A stretch of 64,000 bases of DNA from Leucoraja erinacea (GCF_028641065.1 NC_073401.1:20522001-20586000); one strand, 5' to 3'; shown: positions 12,873 through 26,051, numbered from the stretch's first letter. Program-made: numbers and translations. The notes: generated by a model from the sequence alone, not told the origin.

Positions 12873-13495
12873 AGAGCAGTGGGAGCAAGAGACAGCGATT
12901 CAACAGCAGTGGGAGCAGGCTCATGGGTTCAGGAGCAGTGGGAGCGGGTGACACTGGTTCAGAAGCAGTGGTAGTAGGGGACTATGGTGCAGGTCAGTGG
13001 GAGTGGAAGATAGACACAAAAAGCTGTAGTAACTCAGCGGGATAGGCAGTATCTCTGGAGAAAAGGAATGGGTGATGTTTTGGATCGAGAGACCCTTCTT
13101 GAAACACTGGTTTAGGAGAGGACACAAAGTGCTGGAGTAACTCAGTGGGTCGGGCAGCATCTCCGGAGAATATTAATAGGTGATGTTTTGGGTCAGGACC
13201 CAAAACTTAACAGACAAAGATGGGCAGACGGGGGGAGGGGGGGGCAGAGGCGGCGATTGATAGGCAGATGGTTGGAACAAAGACCAGAGATTTGTGTAAT
13301 TTTTTTGTGAACCAGCATCTGTAGTTCCTTGTTGCTAATGGTCCAGGAAACATTGGTTCAGGAGCAATGCAAGCGAGGGACGCATTCAGGAACAGTGGGA
13401 GCCGGGGACACTTATTCAGAAACAGTAGGAGCGGGGGGACACTTATTCAGGAGCAGTGGTAGCCGGGGGCACTTATTCGGGGGCGGTGGGAGGGG
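12873..13495. repeat. About 30-bp minisatellite (TTCAGGAGCAGTGGGAGC...) split by a Penelope-derived insertion at about 13008-13335
   Basis: Repeated gcagtgggagc/acagtgggagc units on both sides of gtaactcagcggg...gcagcatctc sequences. Confidence 0.7.
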
Positions 13496-14466
13496 ATCGC
13501 ATTCTCAGCATGGTAGCATGACTGCATTCTTTTCATTGAAAGAAGTTTTCAGGAAAGGAAAGGGGAGCTTCGTACTGACAAAAGGCTGGGAGGGGGGCAT
13601 GTTTCCATAGAGCACGATAAGTATAAAATAGAATGCGGTCGAAGAACAAAAGAGAAGGTCTGATTATTCTTGGATGTTAATCATACATATATACATGCAA
13701 AATATATCTCAGTGGTATCTTTTTCACTCAATATAAAGTCTGGAAAGTCATGAACTTAAGTTTATGTTTTCTTCAAACATATGAAAACATTTATTTCTTG
13801 ACAGCCACCTCCTCGCCAAAACAAAAACTCGTCATGACTTTCCAGGAAAATCTCGATAATGTTTAAAAAATGACAGCACACTCGTTTTTCTTCTGCTCTA
13901 TTTTTCCTTTTCCGAATTTTAAAAATCGGACAACTATTTGACCAAAAAGTATATGTTTATACAGAGGATGCACAAACAAATGAACAATTCAATAAGTCAC
14001 ACTGCAAATAGTGCGGACCAAAGTTATCCCCTATCACAAACAGCTAAGCATTTCTGACACCCTGAAAAGTGATTTGTTCTCTGTGACTTATATTTTAGTT
14101 TAGAAAACATCTTACAGTAAAATGCTACAATATCTACAAATTGTTTTTAAAACTCATGTGTTTCAGGGAAATTATTTTTTGGACCTACTCATGTACGCTT
14201 GCTTTTGTCAGAGGGAAAATAAAGTCAATAATTTTATGTTACACTTTGCAAAAGTTCGCTTTCACAGAATGTTCAGAAAATGCAGAATTTTATTTTTATA
14301 AAGAAAAGTTTACGTATTAAGCTATTACGCTATTAAGCAAGTACAATGTTTGTAGTTTAAAATATCTCTGATTAACAATGTCCAAATGAAGTTTTTTTTT
14401 GTTAATTCTGCAATTATATTGCGTATGTTCCTATTAATTCCATAGACTGGTGTCCTTCTACATATA

Positions 14467-15740
14467 CATTGCATTCAGAAAATATTCAGACCCCTTCACC
14501 TTTTCCACATTTTGTTACGTTACAGCTTATTCTAAAATTGATTCTTTTTTTTATTTTTTGTCATCAATCTACACACAATACCCCATAATACAAATGCAAA
14601 AACAGGTGTTTAGAAATTTTTGCAAGGTAGTTAAAAATAAATGAATGAAATATACATTTACATAAGTATTCAGACCTTGTACTTTGCTGAGGTGGCTTTG
14701 GCAGAGATTACAGCTTCAAGTCTTCTTGGGTATGACGCTACAAACTTGGCACCCCTGTATTTGGGTAATTTCTCCCATTCTCCTCTGCTGATCCTCAAAC
14801 TCTGTCAGGTTAGATGGGGAGTGTCGATGCACAGCTATTTTCAGGTCCCTCCAGAGATATTTGATCGGGTTCAAGTCGGGGCTCTGGCTGGGCCACTCAA
14901 GGACATTCATAGACTTATCATGAAGCCACTCCTGCGTCGTGTTGGCTGTGTGCTTAGGGTCGTTGTCCCGTTGGAAGGTGAGCCTCTGCTCCAGTCTGAG
15001 GTCCTGAACGCTCTGGAGCAGGTTTTCATCAATAATCTCTCTGTACTTTGCTCCTTTCATCATTCCCTCGATCTTGACTAGTCTCCCAGTTCCTGCTGCT
15101 GAAAAAACATCCCCACAGCATGATGCTGCCACCACCATGCTTCACCGTAGGTATGGTATTGGCCAGGTGATGAATGGTGCCTGGTTTCCTCCAGACATGA
15201 CACTTGGCATTCAATCAAAGAGTTCACTCTTGGTTTCATCAGACCAGATATTCTTGTTTAGGTGCTTTTTGGCAAACTTCACGTGGGCTGTCATGTGCCT
15301 TTTACTGAGGAGTGACTTCTGTCTGGCCACTCTACCATAAAGGCCTGATTGGTGGAGTGCTGCAGATATAGTTGTCCTTCTGGAAGGTTCTCCCATCTCC
15401 ATAGAGGAACTCTGCAGCTGTCATCTCCCTGACCAAGGCCCTTCTCCCCCGATTGCTCAGTTTGGCTGGGCGGTCAGCTCTATGAAGAATCCTGGTGGTT
15501 TCAAAGGTCTTCCATTTTAGAATGAGGGAGACCATTGTGCTCTGCGGGACCTGCACTGCTGCAGAAATTGCAGACAATTCCTTCGTCTTCATGGCTTGAT
15601 TTTTGCTCTGACATGCACTGTCAACTGCGGGACCTTATATAGACAGGAGTGTGCCTTTCCAAATCATGTACGATCTATTTAATTTACCACTGGTGGACTC
15701 CAATCAAGTTGTAGAAACATCTTAAGGATAATCAATGGAA
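14467..15740 (-). mobile_element. Tc1-family DNA transposon, defective
   Basis: Transposase in frameshifted pieces: MKTKELS...[48 protein letters not shown] (catalytic E changed to K). One TIR (TA|CATTGCATTCAGAAAATATTCAGACCCC) at 14467; the other end is missing. Confidence 0.93.
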
Positions 15741-16737
15741 CCAGACTTGGTGAGCCAAAGAGTCGATGACTGACAATGGAGGAGGCCTAGGACAGAAAGT
15801 CTGAAGAAGGGTCTCAAGCCGAAACATCACATATTCCTTTTCTCCAGAGATGCTGTCTGACGTTGAGTTACTCCAGCTTTTTGTAGCTCCTCATAACTTT
15901 TGTATTTAACTTCCCTCACATTAAAGAATAACATTGTGTTAGATTTCATAATTACCTGCATGTGTGCCTTTTTCACTCAAAAAATCACAGTTCTTTATAT
16001 GTTCAATATTTAGATAATATACATTTCCTGCCAAAAAAAAATCAATTTCACTTTATAATCCATTTGCCAAATCTTCATGACCATTACATAACTTACTTTC
16101 TACCTATCTTTTCAATATCAGCAAATTTAGCAACCATACTTTGGTGCTTCATCCAAGTTATTTATACAAATTGTAAAACTCACAGGCAGAAGCACCCATC
16201 TATATGATGCAGCAATCCTTACATCTTGAGGACTTTGACTCCATGCATGGGGAGTATGCACATACCCTATATTGAGGAAAGGAAAAGTTCACCACCTCAC
16301 AAACAGCCCACATCTTCAGCCATGGTACAGACATTTTGTGCTGAAGGGTTTGCTCCTGTTACTGTTCTACTCTCATAAGCTAAGGGTGTAGTCCTGATCT
16401 ACTATCTACCTTGTTGCACTTTTGTTTTATCTATGCTTTCTCTGCAGCTGTATTGCGATAATGCTGCAACACTACATCCTCAAAGGGCCGAATGGCCTAC
16501 TCCTGCACCTATTGTCTATTATGCACATTAATTGAATCACCGAGTATATGCTTGACAATATAACAAGTCAGTATACATGTTGCAGAGCTACCTTTTATTC
16601 ATTATCATTACACCATTATGTCTTTAGTACATTATATGTCAATTACAGTTCTTTGTCAAGTCTTTGACATGATTTGGCATGGAACTGATGAGTTTCCAAG
16701 GACAAATTCAGGTCAGATGAGTTACTGGACCAGTCCA

Positions 16738-16946
16738 AGAGAAGAGTAGTGCTAGAGATAGCAAAGACTTTTCCAGATGTATATGGGATATTCCAGCAAG
16801 ATCATACACGTCAATGATGGTGACCCAGTTTTTCTATCCCCTTCTGCTAGAAAAACTAGAAAAACACCATTGATGTGTCAGGTCTTGCTGGAATATCCCA
16901 TAGTCATCTGGAAAAGTCTTTGCTGTCTCTAGCACCACTCTTCTCT
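16738..16946. repeat. Long imperfect inverted repeat (fold-back)
   Basis: About 85-bp arms: agagaagagtagtgctagagatagcaaagacttttccagatg... versus ...catctggaaaagtctttgctgtctctagcaccactcttctct. Confidence 0.9.
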
Positions 16947-17859
16947 GCAATACTTTGATATATTGTAGGGGTTTCATCATTTAATCAAATGGGTGCAGTG
17001 GACCAACACTGTAGAAGATGAAACAACCCCGGAAGATTATCTTTTCAGGTATTTGATGATTTGGTTAATTTGGCATTTTCTCACTGACTCTCCGAACATG
17101 TCGACTAACATGGCCCTGAATTAAATGCTTTTGTCTCAGAATAACACCTTTCTCCACTCCCCAATCTTTATATTTTAAGGACCACTGGGATCATTTCTTC
17201 TTCAGCACAGCAGTTGGAAATTGTTTTTTCATATACACCTGAAGGCATACTTCACAGAAATCACTAGAAATTAATACATGGATATTGAAAAATGACCAGA
17301 AACTTTTTTCAGAGAGATTTATAGGGTTTCCGCACAATATAAGAACAAATATTGGACATAGAAATTGATCATATGAAAAAAACAGCAAAATCAGCCCGTG
17401 ATTCAACTAATTTTTTAAACGGATGTACATTCTGCATGCTGATATTTGTTATCTTTTCCCTACCTATTATACTTGCCTATGGGTTGATTGTACTCTTAGG
17501 TAGTATGATTTGACTACACTGTATCTCGATACACATGACAATAATTAACCGGTAACAATACCTTCTGCCCCATCTGTGAAACAGTGAGACTTCATTGGTC
17601 ACCTCAGAACATACAAACCAGAATGGAAGCAAATATACCCTCCAGCCTGGACAGAAAATCTTGTCAACAAGAAAAAAGGACCTGTGTAAACCGTCTCTCT
17701 CATTCCTGTCAGCCAACTCTCACCTATCCTCGCCAATACGTTATCTCCTTCACCGTGAGCTTTTATTTTCCACAATGACCTTTGAAGCGACATACTAACG
17801 AGCCCCCAAAATTTTGCTTAGTCTCTTGTCTGTAGATACTAAGTTTAAAAACGATACTT

Positions 17860-18520
17860 AATGCATGAGGGAGCTCTACCCCGCTTGGCCGACGTTGAGT
17901 GAGTCACTTCAAGAGGCTTTGGACGCCCATCCCTTTAAGAGGCTTTGGTCGCCCCTCTCTTTAAGAGGCTTTGGTCGGGCGTCGCTGAGCAACAACGGCG
18001 GGAAGGCGCATGCGCAGACTAACTCCCGCCTCCCCGCGCCGACGACTCTGGTTGAACGACTGATCTCGCGAGCTTTGCAGTGGTGGCTGGCTGGCGGGTA
18101 GTGGGCCCACGCTAACGGAGAAACCGGGCCCAGTGTACGGCGGCGATAGCCGGCGGGCGGCAAGCGGCAAGCGGCAAGCCCCTCGCTGAGGGAGGCATCG
18201 GGCCGAGCGTAGGGCAGCGGCGGTGGCCGGGCCCGCGGGCAGCACATCGCCACGATGAGCATCCTACTGAAAATATCGGAGATCGAGGCCGAGGTAACGA
18301 GAAGCAGAGCAGGCCGGGCAGGTCAAGGTTGCCCCATTCTCCTCTCCCCTCTCCGTACCGACCCACCGGAACCTTGGCCCAGTTGGCGGGTCCGCGCTGC
18401 TCCTCGCTGACGCCTAGTTCTCCCTCCCCTCCCATGGCCCCTGATTCTCACGTGGATGTACCGAGGGCCCGAGCTTCCCGGTCACTTCAACCGCGGCTAC
18501 TTTGATGAACACGCGTTATC
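17860..18520 (+). promoter_or_regulatory. CpG island promoter of DRG1
   Basis: CpG-dense region spanning exon 1. NRF1 palindrome GCGCATGCGC 18006-18015, E2F-like GGCGGGAA 17997-18004, TCTCGCGAGC 18064-18073 (1 mismatch to TCTCGCGAGA), GC boxes, AP-1 TGAGTCA 17900-17906. Confidence 0.8.
18255..18293 (+). CDS. DRG1: Developmentally regulated GTP-binding protein 1, exon 1
   Basis: gccacgATG start, MSILLKISEIEAE, donor GTAACG. Confidence 0.93.
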
Positions 18521-20306
18521 GGTGTTGACATGTGTCTCCTGTTCAGAGATTTTGTTTCGTAACTCATCGACTTTCACTGTGTTTTAAACCAGTGACGTGT
18601 GGCACAGTGGCCTTTTTCCAAGTGATGACGATCAGTTATTCTCGATCCCATGGCACTTGTTGCTCTTGTGCTATGTTTCAGATTCAGATTCAAACTTTAT
18701 TGGCATTGTGCAGTGTACAGTACAGAGACAACGAAATACAGTTAGCATCTCCCCAGAAGAGTGAACATAGAATAATGAGCAATAAATGTTGTACATTTCG
18801 TGTAATCTTATAGACGGTGTTTGGAGGTGTAAAGTTGATTTCGCTTTATGAATGGAATTTTTCTGTTACTGCTGATGACGTAGAAGATCCATCCTTGATG
18901 ACTTCAGAGTTGTAGCAATATGCTTCATGTTCCATGAAATGGTCGAACAAGCGACTGTGATCAAACTATAAAAATCTCAAAACTTAGAACCCCATTGCCT
19001 TGATCCGAGTCCTGCATACATTGAAGCTGGATGAATCCATTTGACTCACTAGCATCTGGAGCTTTGCCTCAAAATTGACATAACTGTCCTGTTATCTAAT
19101 CAAATGAGAGTTGGATAGAATCATACACTCAAACCCCTTCCTTTCACCAAGATTCTTCCACTGTAGTTCCTGGGTATGCCATGTTTTGCTAAGAGAACAG
19201 ATGTAGAAGTTGATGGCATGCATTCTGGGGAGATAACTCATTGGGTTCCAATAGTGAGCAAGTTTTCTACACTTCCTCAGTTGAAGTGTAATTTCTATGC
19301 TGTTGAATGCCAAATGGAAGAATCACAATTGAGTTGAATCTACTCAATGTTATTGGTGTAGGTGGGTATGGTAGTGGGATCCCATAATTCACCACTGAAG
19401 TAGCTTCTGATACTTGAGGGGCATAACTGTCTGATTAGGCCTAAGGCATAGGGGAAGAAAAGAAATATGAGGGAGGTAGTCCATCTCCTAGCCAGTCCAC
19501 CAGTTGCAGTAATACCTGTTGATGGTGTTTTATTAGGAGTGTGTCAATAATTTTGTTGTCTTCATTGAAACACAAATCTTCACTGGTACTCTACTGAACA
19601 ATGCAAACAATAAAAAACCAGCAGATCAATGTATGAGGCTTTTCCCCCCATCAAATGTAGTACAATTGGATTCAACCACAACATATAATTTGACGGGACA
19701 TATTCAGAAGGAAGCGTAGAAAAGGGTTTTAGATACAATACGATAAATGTGAAACTGCAATGCGGAACTACTTTTTGATTAAGCAATGGAATCATATTAT
19801 AGCCAGAAAACCAATCCCATTAACTGAAGGAATAGATGCTCTTGAATTGTCAAATTAATTTGCGATCAATTGAGACAATTACGCAGCCAACAGAGGAGGA
19901 GATCTCCATCCTCAAAGATAATGCCCAGCTGGTAAGTGCAAAGATCGACGCAAAAATATTTGCAACGACCTTCACTCAGAAGTGTCAAGTAAATGGTGCA
20001 TCTTGATCTATTTGTGAAGTTGTTGATATGGCAGAAATTACTGTTCATCCACTTTGATTAATTATACATGAGTCTTTTACCTAGGGAGGGGAATCGAGAA
20101 CTAGAGGGCTCAGGTTTAAGGTGAGAGGGGAAAGACTTAATCGGAACCTGAGGAGCAACTTTTTCAGAGGGTTTTTTGTATTTGGCTGGCATGACTGTGT
20201 TAACTCAATTGTATAGTCTTTACAATTTGGAGATTTTAAACCTTCAAATAATCCTTTGCTCAGTGGTGCTTGACAACTCCAATAAACAATTCAGTTCCCC
20301 TTAGGA

Positions 20307-20537
20307 CAGGGGTTTCCAACCTTCTTCGTCCCGTTTACCCCAGGCAACCGTTTGAAAGTAAATTAACCCCCACCCCGTTTTGTTCAGTAATTTGAGTTTA
20401 CACTTCTGCCATAATAAAGCAACCGACCAATGGTAAATTTTAAATTACTGTTTTTTTAACAAATCCAGACTCAACAAATGTACCCCCTGGGTAGGTGAAA
20501 TTTACCCCCTGGGGGTAAATTTACCCCAGGTTGGTAA
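20307..20537. mobile_element. hAT/Charlie-like MITE
   Basis: CAGGGGTTTCCAACCT left TIR, truncated AGGTTGGTAAC right TIR, CTTAGGA duplicated on both flanks, subterminal AATTTACCCC repeats. Confidence 0.7.
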
Positions 20538-20721
20538 CTTAGGATATGATAGTGATCTTTTTGTTGGATGGCATTGACTTGTAGTTATCCAAGTATTTTC
20601 AGTGTCAGTAGTAATGACTGTACAGCCATCATTATCGATCTGTGTCGGGATATATTGGTAACTATAAACACACAATACCATGCAATGGTTCTATAAACCT
20701 CTTCCTTGGTTTTTTGATCAG

Positions 20722-20845
20722 ATGGCCAGGACACAGAAAAACAAAGCAACGGCTCACCACTTGGGTCTGTTGAAAGCCCGTCTGGCCAAACTACGCCGAG
20801 AACTTATCACTCCCAAAGGAGGAGGTGGAGGAGGACCTGGTGAAG
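20722..20845 (+). CDS. DRG1: DRG1 exon 2
   Basis: cag|[41 protein letters not shown](G)|gtact; 124 nt. Confidence 0.97.
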
Positions 20846-21789
20846 GTACTGGATTTGTATTAGAATGTCTAAAATGACGAATGTTATTTGCTGTCTTATT
20901 TGTTGAAATTTGGGATAGCCACAATATTGATTTTGCCCAGATGTGTGAACATGAATGCTTTCAAAGCTGTTATGTATTGTTCAAAGTACTAATCTCCGTG
21001 CTTTGCAGGATGAGCAGGATACTCTAATTAGAGAGAATGGTGTTGGGAAGTATTTTTAAAAATAGTAAATACAGCGATGATAGAGCGTTGTCTCTGTATG
21101 ATAGCGAATCTGAATATAGTGTTTGCTGGATCTATGACAAATAGTGGACTAGACGTTAATGATCGTATGAGGTGGAATGGGACCCTGCAGGTAGTCAAAG
21201 GCAAGGCGGGGATCTTGTAATCCATTTGTTGGAGTTGAGTGAGCCAGTTCGCCTCTGCAAGGGCAGTGATAAAGGAGACTAAGTAAAATATAAAAAACAG
21301 GAAGAACACGGCACATTAAGCAGCTTGTGTGAGTCTAAGTGATAGTTGATATTTCACAAGACACCCCCTGAAACATCGATCATCTCTTTGCCACCACCAA
21401 TACTGCTTCACCCAGCAGTTTATATTTTTGCTCTTGATTCCAATATCTGCAGTCTCTTATGTTCACCTTATGGGGAAAATAAATTGATTGGATCAAGCTG
21501 GCCATGACTTTGCTGAATGATCAGACCCTTCACATGTGGCACAATGCAATGAGTTTCGTATCATTTTTCAAATGCCATGGATATATTAACATTCCTTCAA
21601 ATGGTTTACTTGGAATTTTTTTAAAACATAGTTGTTGAAGCACATTAAAATTTTTGAAATTAATTAAAACATTCAAATAAAATATAATTAAGAAAGTGTT
21701 TGAGGTTAGGAATCTCCATTAAAGTGAATGGGGTTGCTGTTTCAATGCTGGCGTGTGAAAGGCCCATTAACAAACATGTGCTGAACTTA

Positions 21790-22375
21790 TGATACGATAC
21801 AATAAAACTTTATTCATCCCTGGAGGGAAATTGGTCTGCCAACAGTCACAACACACAAGGTATATGAAAACGTGAAATTAAAATTAAATTAAAAGTGAGA
21901 AAAAAGACTGTTGGCTGGCTGGCTGCCGTGTGCACAGCGCCTTAACCGGAACAAACAAACAAACACACAGAGACTTATCCCCTGGGCAGAGGGTTCTAAA
22001 ACTAGAGTCCCCCGCCCCACACTGGGTCTGTTCTCTCACAGCGGTCCCCCTCACGCCGGGTCCCCATTGTCTTCCCCTCCCCCCCCTCGTGCTCATCGAC
22101 CACTGATCGCGAGGCTCCCGCTGCCGCCGAGGCTCCCATCACCGCTGAGGCTCCTTCGGCCCAGACAGGCCTCGCCGTCCGGCTTCTCTGCAGTCCCCTG
22201 GAAGTCCTGTGGGGCGCGTTGGGCCTACCGGGGCACGTTCGGGTCATCGGCGGCGCGGTTGTTTGGCGGGTGGATCGGGCCTGCTCCCCCAGGACACTCC
22301 CATCATGCACGTGGCTCCCCGGAACTTGCAACAGATCTTCAAGTCCAGAACGTACCCTGGGAGTAGCTGCATACT
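21790..22375 (-). mobile_element. Young CpG-rich non-autonomous retroelement with a Rex1-like 3' tail
   Basis: Tail nearly identical to 298-400; GC/CpG-rich body with no recognisable ORF. Confidence 0.55.
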
Positions 22376-23369
22376 GGCAGCTGGAATTGATTCGGTAAAT
22401 ATAAGTTTTTAAGCAAAGGCATGAGGTGATTATGGAATTAGTGCTGGAAATAGGAAACATTATAGTGTAATTGGAATAACATTGATAATGTCAGTGGCGA
22501 AGGTACCACAGAAAGGTGTTCCGTTGGATCCAGGATGGTGTGTTTGTAAACATTAATATTTCTATGTGATTATTCATTTTTTAAGCATCTGGATACTGTT
22601 GATAAAGCCAGCATTTATTGCCTAATTGCTATTGAGAAGGTGGTGGTGAGCTTCCACCTCGAATCACAACAGTCCTTCGGGTGAAGATACACTTGGTGCA
22701 GTTGATTTAGGTTCCAAGATTTAGAGCCAGTGATGAAGAAGGAACGGCAATATATTTCCGAGTCAGGAGGCAATGTGCCTTAGAAGGGATTCTACAGGTG
22801 CACCTGTTCCTATGAAAACATTCTCCTTTTTTAGTGGTAGCGGTTGAGAGTTTGGAGATGCAGTCAGAGCAGCTTAGCCAAGTAACTAAAGAGCACATTG
22901 AAGCTGGTACACCTTGCAGTCACTTGCACTATGTGGAATTATTTTTTAGGCAGGATAAGGTGTCAATCAGTTTAGTTGCTTTGTCCTGGATGGTGTTATG
23001 TTTCTTGACTGTTGTGAATGCTGCACTGATGCAGGTGTATTTCATTATGCTTCTGGCCTGTTTCTTGTGGATAATTCATGGCTTTGGTGTCAGAAGGTGA
23101 GTCACTTGCTGCAGGTTACCCAGCATCTAACCCTCTAGTAGCCACAGTAAATGCATGGCTAGTCTGTTAATTTTCTGGTTATTGGTGACCATGAGGTGTT
23201 GATAGCATGGTACTTTGCAATAATGTAATTGAATGTCAAGGACAGGTGATTAGCCAAATTGCATATGCCAAATTAAAAAAAAAAAATGCTTTTATAATAT
23301 TCACTAAATATTATGCCGGTGTGAATTTATTGATGATTGTTTTTCCTCTATATCTCTTGTTGGTGCTAG

Positions 23370-23545
23370 GGTTTGATGTTGCCAAGACTGGGGATGCCCG
23401 GATTGGGTTTGTGGGTTTCCCTTCTGTTGGAAAATCTACATTACTAAGTAATCTGGCAGGAGTGTATTCTGAAGTTGCGGCCTATGAGTTTACTACTTTG
23501 ACCACGGTACCAGGGGTGATTCGCTATAAAGGAGCCAAGATACAG
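23370..23545 (+). CDS. DRG1: DRG1 exon 3 (G1 P-loop, G2)
   Basis: [23 protein letters not shown]...[21 protein letters not shown]; AG/GT boundaries; 176 nt. Confidence 0.97.
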
Positions 23546-24112
23546 GTATGATGTGGAAACTCAGATGCGTAACTGTAGATAGAGTTAAATTGTGCATGGT
23601 TAAGTTAAAAAAAAAATGGTTATCCTTCCAAACATATTAACATAGTCATTGTGAGCTTGATATTGCAAATGTCAGCCCATTTTCTCATCTGCTGGTGCAT
23701 TTAAAGAGCCTTAGTTTATTTCAGTCAACAGAAAATACTTGGCTATGATGACACTTGTCACCTTCAGTAAATTTGCCCTTTAACTGTGTGATAGAGACAG
23801 CAATACTGGCCCACAAACATGCTGATTAAATACATTGTGTAAAATTATTTTAAAGTTTGTACAGAACACAAGCATGTTCTTGAAATTAGAGCTGAACTAA
23901 CGAAGGAATGATTTCCTTGTCACCTGGAAATGATAGATAGGTGCTGTAGATGGAATATGTATTACAGTGACAGTGGACAGACGGACTATGTATTATAGTG
24001 ACGGTGGAATACCACGTTGGGATAGAATTTGAGGGGTTTTCATTTGATTTTGCACAATATTTTAATTTATCTTGGACACTCACCATTTAACCATATTTGT
24101 ATTCCTGTCCAG

Positions 24113-24182
24113 CTGCTTGATCTTCCAGGTATCATTGAGGGAGCCAAAGATGGCAAAGGCCGTGGGCGACAGGTTATTGCTG
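24113..24182 (+). CDS. DRG1: DRG1 exon 4 (G3 DLPG)
   Basis: [23 protein letters not shown]; 70 nt; AG/GT boundaries; not in the ORF track. Confidence 0.96.
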
Positions 24183-24829
24183 GTAGGTTTTAATATATGA
24201 CAAAAGATTAATTTGATTTTTCAGTAAAGAACTGTTCTGAACACTTCATTATATATCCCAGCAAATTGTGTGTGCAGGACAAGGAATCTAGTAACCTGTA
24301 ATTCTTGTCTTGGTATTGGTTCATTATGGCCACGTGTACCAGGATACAGTTTCTTGCTAGCTTGTCAAATCGTACTATATGGGAACAATCAAACCATATA
24401 CAATCACACCAGGTAGTGCCAAGAGGAACATACCAGATTGCAGAATACAGTTACTGAATGGGGTGGGGGGTTGAAGTAGAAGTAGAAGTGTGGTGTTCTT
24501 TCTTGGCTGTAGGTTCCACATGGTTGGCCCTTAAAGCTCTTTAACATCTCCACTTGAGCACCATTGATGCTGACTGGGGCACAGACCATGTCATTTTCTG
24601 AAGTCGTTAACTAGTCCCTTCATCTTGCTGGAGAGGTTGATATCTTGATACCATGTCAGTCAGCATTCAGTCTCCTTCCTTTACTCCATCTCATCATTGT
24701 TTGAGATCTGGCCTATTACAGTGTTATCAACAATGAAGTTTTCTCTGGGAATGGTAAATATAAACTTTGTCTCTTTTTCAAAGGATCCGTTTGTAAACTC
24801 AGTGTGTTTGTTTCCTTCCTCTATCTCAG

Positions 24830-24999
24830 TGGCTCGGACCTGTAACCTAATCCTGATCGTACTCGATGTGCTGAAGCCTCTGGTACACAAGAAGATAATT
24901 GAGAATGAAGTAGAAGGCTTTGGAATCCGGCTTAACAAGCAGCCTCCCAACATCGGGTTCAGGAAGAAGGATAAGGGAGGCATTAATCTGACATCTACA
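24830..24999 (+). CDS. DRG1: DRG1 exon 5
   Basis: (V)[16 protein letters not shown]...[12 protein letters not shown]; 170 nt. Confidence 0.96.
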
Positions 25000-26051
25000 G
25001 TAGGTGACAAGAAATTATTTAAAAGGTTGACATTGGATCAGAATTGCATGAACCTGTGATCAATGTTGGGTGGTCTGGGGATGAAGATGTAATTTCATCT
25101 CATTGGATTGATTTAAACAGCTGTTTAGTATTGGTTATATTCTTGGTTATTTTATACAGTTGGGTTACAGTGTTGTATTATCCATTAATTTTGTGTTTTT
25201 ATAATTTCATTTATAATATTCGTATATGGATGCTTGGTAAATTTATTTGGGGGTTTTTTTCAAGCCATTTGTGTATGATTCAAATGAGCAAAGATTGCAG
25301 GTAAAATGAACCTTTTACATGTCTAAGCATATATTTGCTGTACCCATAAGATAAGCAGGAACTCAATGATCAATGATATTGATGACCCATCCATGATCCA
25401 TAGGGCGGCACGGGTTCGGGTCGGGTTCGATCCAGAGACTCGGGTTTGATCCTGACTACCGGTGCGATCTGTATTATAAAACTTTCATCACCCTTTGCGA
25501 TTAAACTGACTGGCCTGCATTTACTGCAATTCTGGAGGCTTTTATTTTGAATATTTGATATTTGGCCTGCCTTTCTTCTTGCCTTTTCTTCCCTACTACA
25601 GTCAGCCTGAAATCTGAAATTTCACCTGTCCATGTTCTCCAGAGATGCTGCCTAACCTGCTACGTTTCTCTAGCACTTTGTCTTTTTAAAACCAGCAATT
25701 GCAATTCCTTGTGTCTCCACAATATGTTTGTAGAACCAACAGATTAATTTTATGTCGAGCCTTGATTTTTCACCTGTTCCTGTACAGAATTAACTCCAGC
25801 TTCCCAGACAAATGCCCTGACTGACCTACAAAAAATAGGTTAAAATGTTAACATTAAAAGAACATCCAAGAGGGCTGAAGTAGCACAAATCTGCAACTAT
25901 CTACTGGTCATGGAAATTAGGTGAAGAATTAACTGATCAATATTTCGTCTTCCGATGTCCAGCTTTTATCACCGAGCAAAACTGCATTATCTCAAAGAAT
26001 GATGTGCGCTGTTACCTTTGTATATCCATTTTACTCTGATTTGCTCTACAG

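Noticed and set aside
12873-13495. Regularly spaced repeats of about 30 bp reminiscent of a CRISPR array
   Set aside because: Vertebrate DNA, degenerate units without unique spacers, no cas genes; it is a minisatellite.
21884-22460. ORFs of about 150 aa on both strands in DRG1 intron 2
   Set aside because: Low-complexity Pro/Arg/Gly translations of a GC-rich repeat; no homology signal.
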